From Chiloscyllium plagiosum (taxonomy: Eukaryota): a DNA stretch of 20,000 bases. Shown here piece after piece: positions 19,516 to 20,000 of this stretch; the stretch's first letter is position 1, and every line of letters starts with the position of its first letter. The position numbers and the translations under genes were made by a program. Below the pieces are notes generated by a model. That model saw only the letters and a list, made by a program, of their open reading frames with translations. It was not told the origin of the DNA and made no database searches. The stretch covers positions 68,188,736 to 68,208,735 of the forward strand of contig NC_057718.1 in assembly GCF_004010195.1 (NCBI RefSeq), written 5' to 3'.

Positions 19516-20000
19516 ATAGAACATTGAACAATACAGTACAGAACAGGCCCTTCGGCCCACAATGTTGTGCTGAACATTTGTCCTAGCTTATAAGCACCCA
19601 TCCATGTACCTATCCAATTGCCGCTTAAAAGTCACCAATGATTCTGACTCTGCCATTTCCACAGGCAGCGTATTCCATGCCCCCACCACTCTCTGGGTAA
19701 AGAACCTACCCCTGACATCTCCCCTATACCTTCCACCCTTCACCTTAAATTTATGTCCCCTTGTAACACTCTGTTGTACCCGGGGAAAAAGTCTCTGACT
19801 GTCTACTCTATCTATTCCCCTGATCATCTTATAAACCTCTATCAAGTCACCCCTCATCCTTCGCCGTTCCAATGAGAAAAGGCCTAGCACTCTCAACCTA
19901 TCCTCATACGACTTATTCTCCATTCCAGGCAACATCCTGGTAAATCTCCTCTGCACCCTCTCCAAAGCCTCCACATCTTTCCTAAACTGAGGCGACCAGA
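19516..20000 (-). mobile_element. Young CR1 (HER1-like) LINE 3' end, continues beyond the window
   Basis: Uninterrupted ORF2 C-terminus, ~70-bp 3' UTR containing GGGCCGAAGGGCCTGTTC, and tail TGTTCAATGTTCTAT. Confidence 0.95.
19588..19998 (-). CDS. CR1 ORF2 C-terminal portion, open to the window edge
   Basis: WSPQFRKDVEALERVQRRFTRMLPG...RGDLIEVYKMIRG...TRGHKFKV...RFFTQRVVGAWNTLP...FKRQLDRYM, stop at 19588-19590, no lesions. Confidence 0.85.
   Translation of the reverse strand, partial: WSPQFRKDVEALERVQRRFTRMLPGMENKSYEDRLRVLGLFSLERRRMRGDLIEVYKMIRGIDRVDSQRLFPRVQQSVTRGHKFKVKGGRYRGDVRGRFFTQRVVGAWNTLPVEMAESESLVTFKRQLDRYMDGCL

Overview
Repeat-dense vertebrate DNA with no recognisable host gene exon, so it is intronic or intergenic. 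The repeat families point to a cartilaginous fish, most likely a shark (HE1-type SINEs with CR1/HER1 tails); this is inference. The window is a stack of nested transposable elements. It holds several CR1 LINE copies ranging from ancient to apparently intact, and a full-length but decayed L1 of about 5.9 kb with ORF1, ORF2, a polyA signal and a probable TSD. It also holds a second CR1/L2-group LINE, three HE1-type SINEs plus another tRNA-derived SINE, and a TA-flanked Tigger/pogo-type MITE. There are four Penelope-like terminal-repeat pieces with hammerhead-ribozyme motifs, two of them palindromic, and one clear plus one probable decayed two-exon Myb/SANT gene of the PIF/Harbinger type. Most ORFs in the supplied track are fragments or antisense shadows of these elements. 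All family assignments come from reading motifs by eye; no database search was run. I found no convincing previously undescribed system. The most interesting items are the ribozyme-bearing palindromes and the Harbinger Myb remnants.
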